From Massalongia carnosa (Eukaryota): 64,000 nucleotides of DNA. The notes below the pieces were generated by a model. That model was not told where the DNA came from. It did not search any database and saw only the letters and a list, made by a program, of their open reading frames with translations. Positions 60,709 through 64,000 of the stretch are shown one piece after another. The stretch's first letter is position 1, and each line of letters starts with the position of its first letter. A program made the position numbers and the translations under genes. The DNA lies in NCBI GenBank assembly GCA_965645245.1, contig OZ287067.1, forward strand, positions 2,294,001 to 2,358,000. The letters are read 5' to 3'.

Positions 60709-62137
60709 ATGACGTCCAGTTTGGGACCTTTGTCTCCCTCGAGCTCACCACGACTTCCAAGCCCGCCGCCATTTCCCGAGGTTCAGATCGGTCTTAAATC
60801 TCCCACCATGGGAGCTATTTCTCCTGGTCTTTCAAGTACAGGAGTTCCTCTGCCAGATCTGACAGATGCAGCTAAACTAGATAACGGAGCTACGCGTAGG
60901 ATTCGCCCTGGGACCAAAGCTGCGGATATGGCGTCAGGGCCACCTTTAGTGCCCTTAGCTGATGTAAGCTTTTACTTCTCATTCGATACATAGATGATCG
61001 ATCTCATGATTACTTTCATAGCTCGACTCGCCTTTTCAGCTCCAGGAACATCTTATGGCACTTTACTATTACCACACGAAATCCGACCGAGCTAATACTA
61101 CCATGGCTCTTAGCCGCGAGACAGCTCTCATCCTCGCCACACCTCCCGAAGGTGTAGATCGCTCTCTGTGGTTATATGAGCTTTGTCGATTACTCGTGAT
61201 GAAAGCTAATAGCCTTATTGTCGCTTTCTACGATGAAAAACCTCCTTGCTCTTCAGCAACGTGCCCAGAAATGCGAGCTTCAGAATGGCAATATCTCTGC
61301 GCGGTGCATGATCCACCAAAATCTTGTTGTGCGATTGATTATTGCTGTCATACCCTCGATTGGGCTGCCAACGTCTTGACGTCTCAGAAGAATTTTCCAA
61401 GCCGCCTTAAGCTCGGGAGCGAAACTACAGGGGGTTCCCAGCAGGGTCTCCGACAACTAACCAATATTTTCAGGCGCGTTTATCGAATCTTCGCTCACGC
61501 TTGGTTTCAGCACCGACAATCATTTTGGGAAGTCGAAGGGAGAGAGGGGCTCTATATCTTGTTCAAAACAGTCTGTGACGCTTACTCTCTTATCCCCGAA
61601 GAGAATTACACTATTTCTCCAGAAGCGGAAGGCATCATATTAGCATCGGAGGAAGAGAAAGAGGGCAAGGCGATCTTGAAGAAAGTGGAGGAAGAGGACA
61701 TAAAGAGTGATGACTCCGACATCTCGACCACTCTCTCTACAGGCGCCACTACGAGGCGGCACAAACATACCCCATCTACCGGCGCTGCGGTTACGACTAT
61801 TGCTGAGGGTGATGAAGAAGATGCTGGAGTTCCTACTTCTAGTACGGCAGATACTATTGACCTTTCCAGCGCTGCACCTCCACCAGCTGTAGCCCTTCCA
61901 CAGATTGATGTACCTGAGGTTCAGGCCCCACAAACAACGGAACACCCTGTCAAGACCGAGAAGAAAAGTCCAGAAGCGGCACCTGATACCAGTACCGTAG
62001 AGGCAATGCTTGAACAGCTCAAAGTTGAAGATTCGAATGCCATCAACGTTCAGAACCCCGATGGTGCACCAATTCTAGAAGAACAGAAAACACCCGAGGA
62101 GAAACCTGACGAGACAGAATCGAGTCCTACCACTTGA
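60709..62137 (+). CDS. mob-3: Mob1/phocein family protein (STRIPAK component), 2 exons (intron 60964-61021)
   Basis: RRIRPGTKAADM, LDSPFQLQEHL, LWLYELCR, CPEMRASEWQYLCAVHDPPKSCCAIDYCCHTLD, FRRVYRIFAHAWFQH. Confidence 0.93.
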
Positions 62138-62964
62138 ATGATAGCGATATCGTATTCAGAAACTGAAGGAGACGGTGTTGTTGTGATTTTTAGCGTTTGC
62201 ACGATACCCCCTTATGCAGGCGTTAGCACTGGCTGGGTTAGATGGATAAAGTCTTGCGATGATTAGACAATGTGAGAGTGAATGAAGGCTTACAACGATG
62301 TGATGATGGCTACTTACCTTTCCTAAAGGACAGCGAGCTGAAATGTGCGAGAATCACCCCATTGGTGGTCCGCGTACAGTATATAGCAGGCTGTTGCGAT
62401 CTGGGATTAATAGGTTGCATCACTTGCGGCTTGTATTACTTACCGTCCGAACATAAGAAAAAGTTAGTCCTTAGGTGTGTCGAGCTACGGGGTTTACACC
62501 CTCCGCTGACGCTGCCAAGCACGTTGAAGATGTTTCTGCTACTCCTACTCCATCGTATTCAATCTCCTTGATTAACTATTCGTCGCTCTTGATTATGCTT
62601 CTTTAACCAGCACTCCCCCCACCTCCCCCCTGGCCCCCAATGACCTATTCCCGCTCCCTTTCTCTACGGGGACCCATCAACTCTATTACAGCACCGAGAT
62701 TTTCATATACCCGGTTTTTCACTCCCCGTACAGTGCAATTGACATGCATGCATCCATGAAAGTAAAATATGGCTTTGTCAGTAATAGCTCTCTTTCTGTT
62801 TATCTTACAATTGAGACTGTACGGCCCCATGATCGTTTGAAGGGACTTTACGAATGTATGAACGCCTCGCTGATGCACAACCCAAAAGAGCCTAAGCAAA
62901 GTCCCCAGGGCGAGAGCTTCCTGAACACCCTCTCCCACACCAACAATGTCAATAGAATCCCCTA

Positions 62965-64000
62965 TCACCTCCCTACCCCCAAAACACTACCTTCCTTCCC
63001 CCATCCCTTCGTCCGCATGCTCTCCTCAATCCGGTCCCAAAGGCCCTCCACCACCTCGCGATCCCGCCAGCGGCCCGCAACTCCCATATGCGCGTTCCAC
63101 TTCTCCACCTGCGCGCTCGCGACCCCCCTCCCCCATCCCCTTACGGCCACGGGCACCTCCTCGCCGCGCCACCCGACGTACACGCCCAGCACATGCCGGA
63201 ACAGCTCCGGCGGCGCCTGCCACTTGTAGCCGCGAAACTGCCACGTCTGGCCCGTGGTGAAGACGGCGACGACGCGGCCCCAGTAGTCGGGCTTGAACTG
63301 CTCGGGGGTATCGACAAGGATGAAGCGCAAGGGCCGCGAAGGGTCGATGGAAGGGAGCAAGCGCGAGATGTGCAGGATTGTGGCAGTGGCGCCGGAGGAG
63401 CCGGCGAGGGCGCTGTCTGGAGGGATGTAGGTGCCAGATTCGAGGAAAGATTTGATGTTCGACATGCGCAGGAGCGACGAGGCTGATGGCGAGAGTAGAA
63501 TTATGGGGTCGGGACGGCGGGCAGGTTTTTTGGGAAGCGAGACGAGAGATGATGTGCTTGAACTGGCGGACAATGAGGGGGCCAGGGTGCCGCTGCTGGC
63601 GTTGGATGCGGAGGAGGGGTGGGGGCCGGGGCGGGGACGGTTGCGACCTAGGAAGATTTCGGCGGATTTCCGGATATGGGAGAAATCCTAGCGGGGGTGT
63701 TAGTTGAGCTGCTTGCCTAAAGATAGGAAAGCTGTGTATAGTGGGTATTCTTACAGTGGGTTTGATGCCTCGCAGAATGCTATTGCGATCGCCCATTCTT
63801 CGCTCTCCATTGTAAATCTCCTGCAGCCTGGGATCAATCACCTTTCCCATTCGCGCGCCGGCAGCACTGCTCGGAACGGTAGACACCCCTCCTGCTGCCC
63901 ATGAAGCCACTTGCGCTGACCGCGCGGCGGCGACATCCGACTCCAACGCTTTGATGTACTCGCTTTCCTGCGAAGCGCCCTCCAGCCAAGTGATCAGATC
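62965..64000 (-). CDS. cdc73: Paf1 complex subunit Cdc73, 5' part outside the window (intron 63754-63688)
   Basis: DLITWLEGASQESEYIK, LRGIKPT|DFSHIRK, DPIILLSPSASSLLRMSNIKSFL, DYWGRVVAVFTTGQTWQF. Confidence 0.93.

Overview
Eukaryotic fungal DNA from a filamentous ascomycete (Pezizomycotina), judged by short GT-AG introns with CTRAY branch points and creA, uapA/uapC-like, ole1, mob-3 and cdc73 homologues; the species cannot be named from sequence alone. The left ~28.5 kb is an accessory transposon nest: an APH-like kinase with a premature stop; a near-full-length Tad1-like LINE inside the single intron of a dead small secreted cysteine-rich gene; a decayed Mutator (MULE) element split by a second, 5'-truncated LINE; a SesB-like/NB-ARC/TPR fungal NLR with ten near-identical 126-bp repeats; an inverted duplicate of the MULE tail; two pogo/Fot1 elements with long TIRs, one with an intact ORF and inserted in the stop codon of a Tc1-like element; and stop-riddled coding remnants. 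The right ~35 kb is mostly core genome: AhpD-like gene, creA with a dense upstream cluster of its own binding motif, intron-containing tRNA-Ser(AGA), rad55, a MOSC protein, a uric acid/xanthine permease, ole1, a CobW/Zng1 GTPase, mob-3/phocein and partial cdc73. Between the permease and ole1, and not recognisable from the fragmentary ORF track, lie two divergent UstYa/DUF3328 pseudogenes and a third dead gene, the likely fossil of a dikaritin RiPP or cyclic-peptide cluster. All gene models were read by hand and no database search was run.
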